DNA from: Octopus vulgaris
Taxonomy: Eukaryota
NCBI GenBank assembly: GCA_951406725.2
Contig: OX597836.1
Coordinates: forward strand, 30,504,001 to 30,568,000
Length of the DNA: 64,000 bases
Reading direction: 5' to 3'
The position numbers and the translations under genes are program-made. A model generated the notes under the pieces. That model saw nothing but the letters and a program-made list of their open reading frames with translations, searched no databases and was not told the DNA's origin. Below, piece by piece: positions 63,511 to 64,000 of this stretch. Position 1 is the stretch's first letter. Every line of letters starts with the position of its first letter.

Positions 63511-64000
63511 CACAATATTAATAAAAGCAAAAAAGAATAAAACAAACACATTAACAAATATAAACAATGAATACCAACTCTTCATATCATCTTGCACAAC
63601 GAACTAGCAAATAATTGTAAAATGCAATTACATGATTGCATAAATTTTCAAATTACATTATTATTAAAAATAAAAAATAACATTGATTACCAATCATTAT
63701 TCAATGAGAGACAACAATTTTTTCCCACAAAATATTTCCTGGTTAAAAAAAAAATATTCTCCCAAAGTGTCTTACAAAGAAGCAATCTAAATGACCAAAT
63801 ATAATTACAATTTAAATTAACAAGCTAACAAAGCATACCTCTAGGCATTTGCTTCACTGGCTAGGAATAGCAGTCAAATCTCCACTCAAATCACACCTGA
63901 CCTTCTTAAAAAAGAAAAAATGGGGTAGATTGGACAACATAGTCTTGATATACAGAAACAGATGAGGTGGTCACGGTTGGAATAACATGAACAATGAGCA

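Overview
AT-rich (roughly two-thirds A+T by eye), repeat-saturated eukaryotic DNA. The SINE/LINE families and dense (TA)n/(CA)n/(TAGA)n microsatellites point to an octopus (coleoid cephalopod) genome; this is inferred from recalled repeat families and was not searched. I found no intact protein-coding gene: almost every ORF in the track is microsatellite or SINE noise. What can be supported: (1) several modular tRNA-derived SINE families with CR1-type or RTE-type tails; (2) decayed LINE 3' ends (CR1, RTE, Rex3/Expander-like); (3) a Helitron carrying a RepHel N-terminal pseudogene fragment and a nested CR1 piece (3833-5472); (4) a head-to-tail array of four non-autonomous Helitrons (51018-52532); (5) hAT, piggyBac-like, mariner and Tc1 remnants; (6) Penelope-like pieces with hammerhead-like motifs; (7) a long-hairpin foldback element in two copies. 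The unique DNA carries many strong 3' splice-site-like signals on the minus strand, some followed 9-35 nt later by a donor. The window may therefore be intronic sequence of a large minus-strand gene with candidate microexons or alternative terminal exons, but this is unproven and the gene is not identified. Coordinates of degenerate repeats are approximate.
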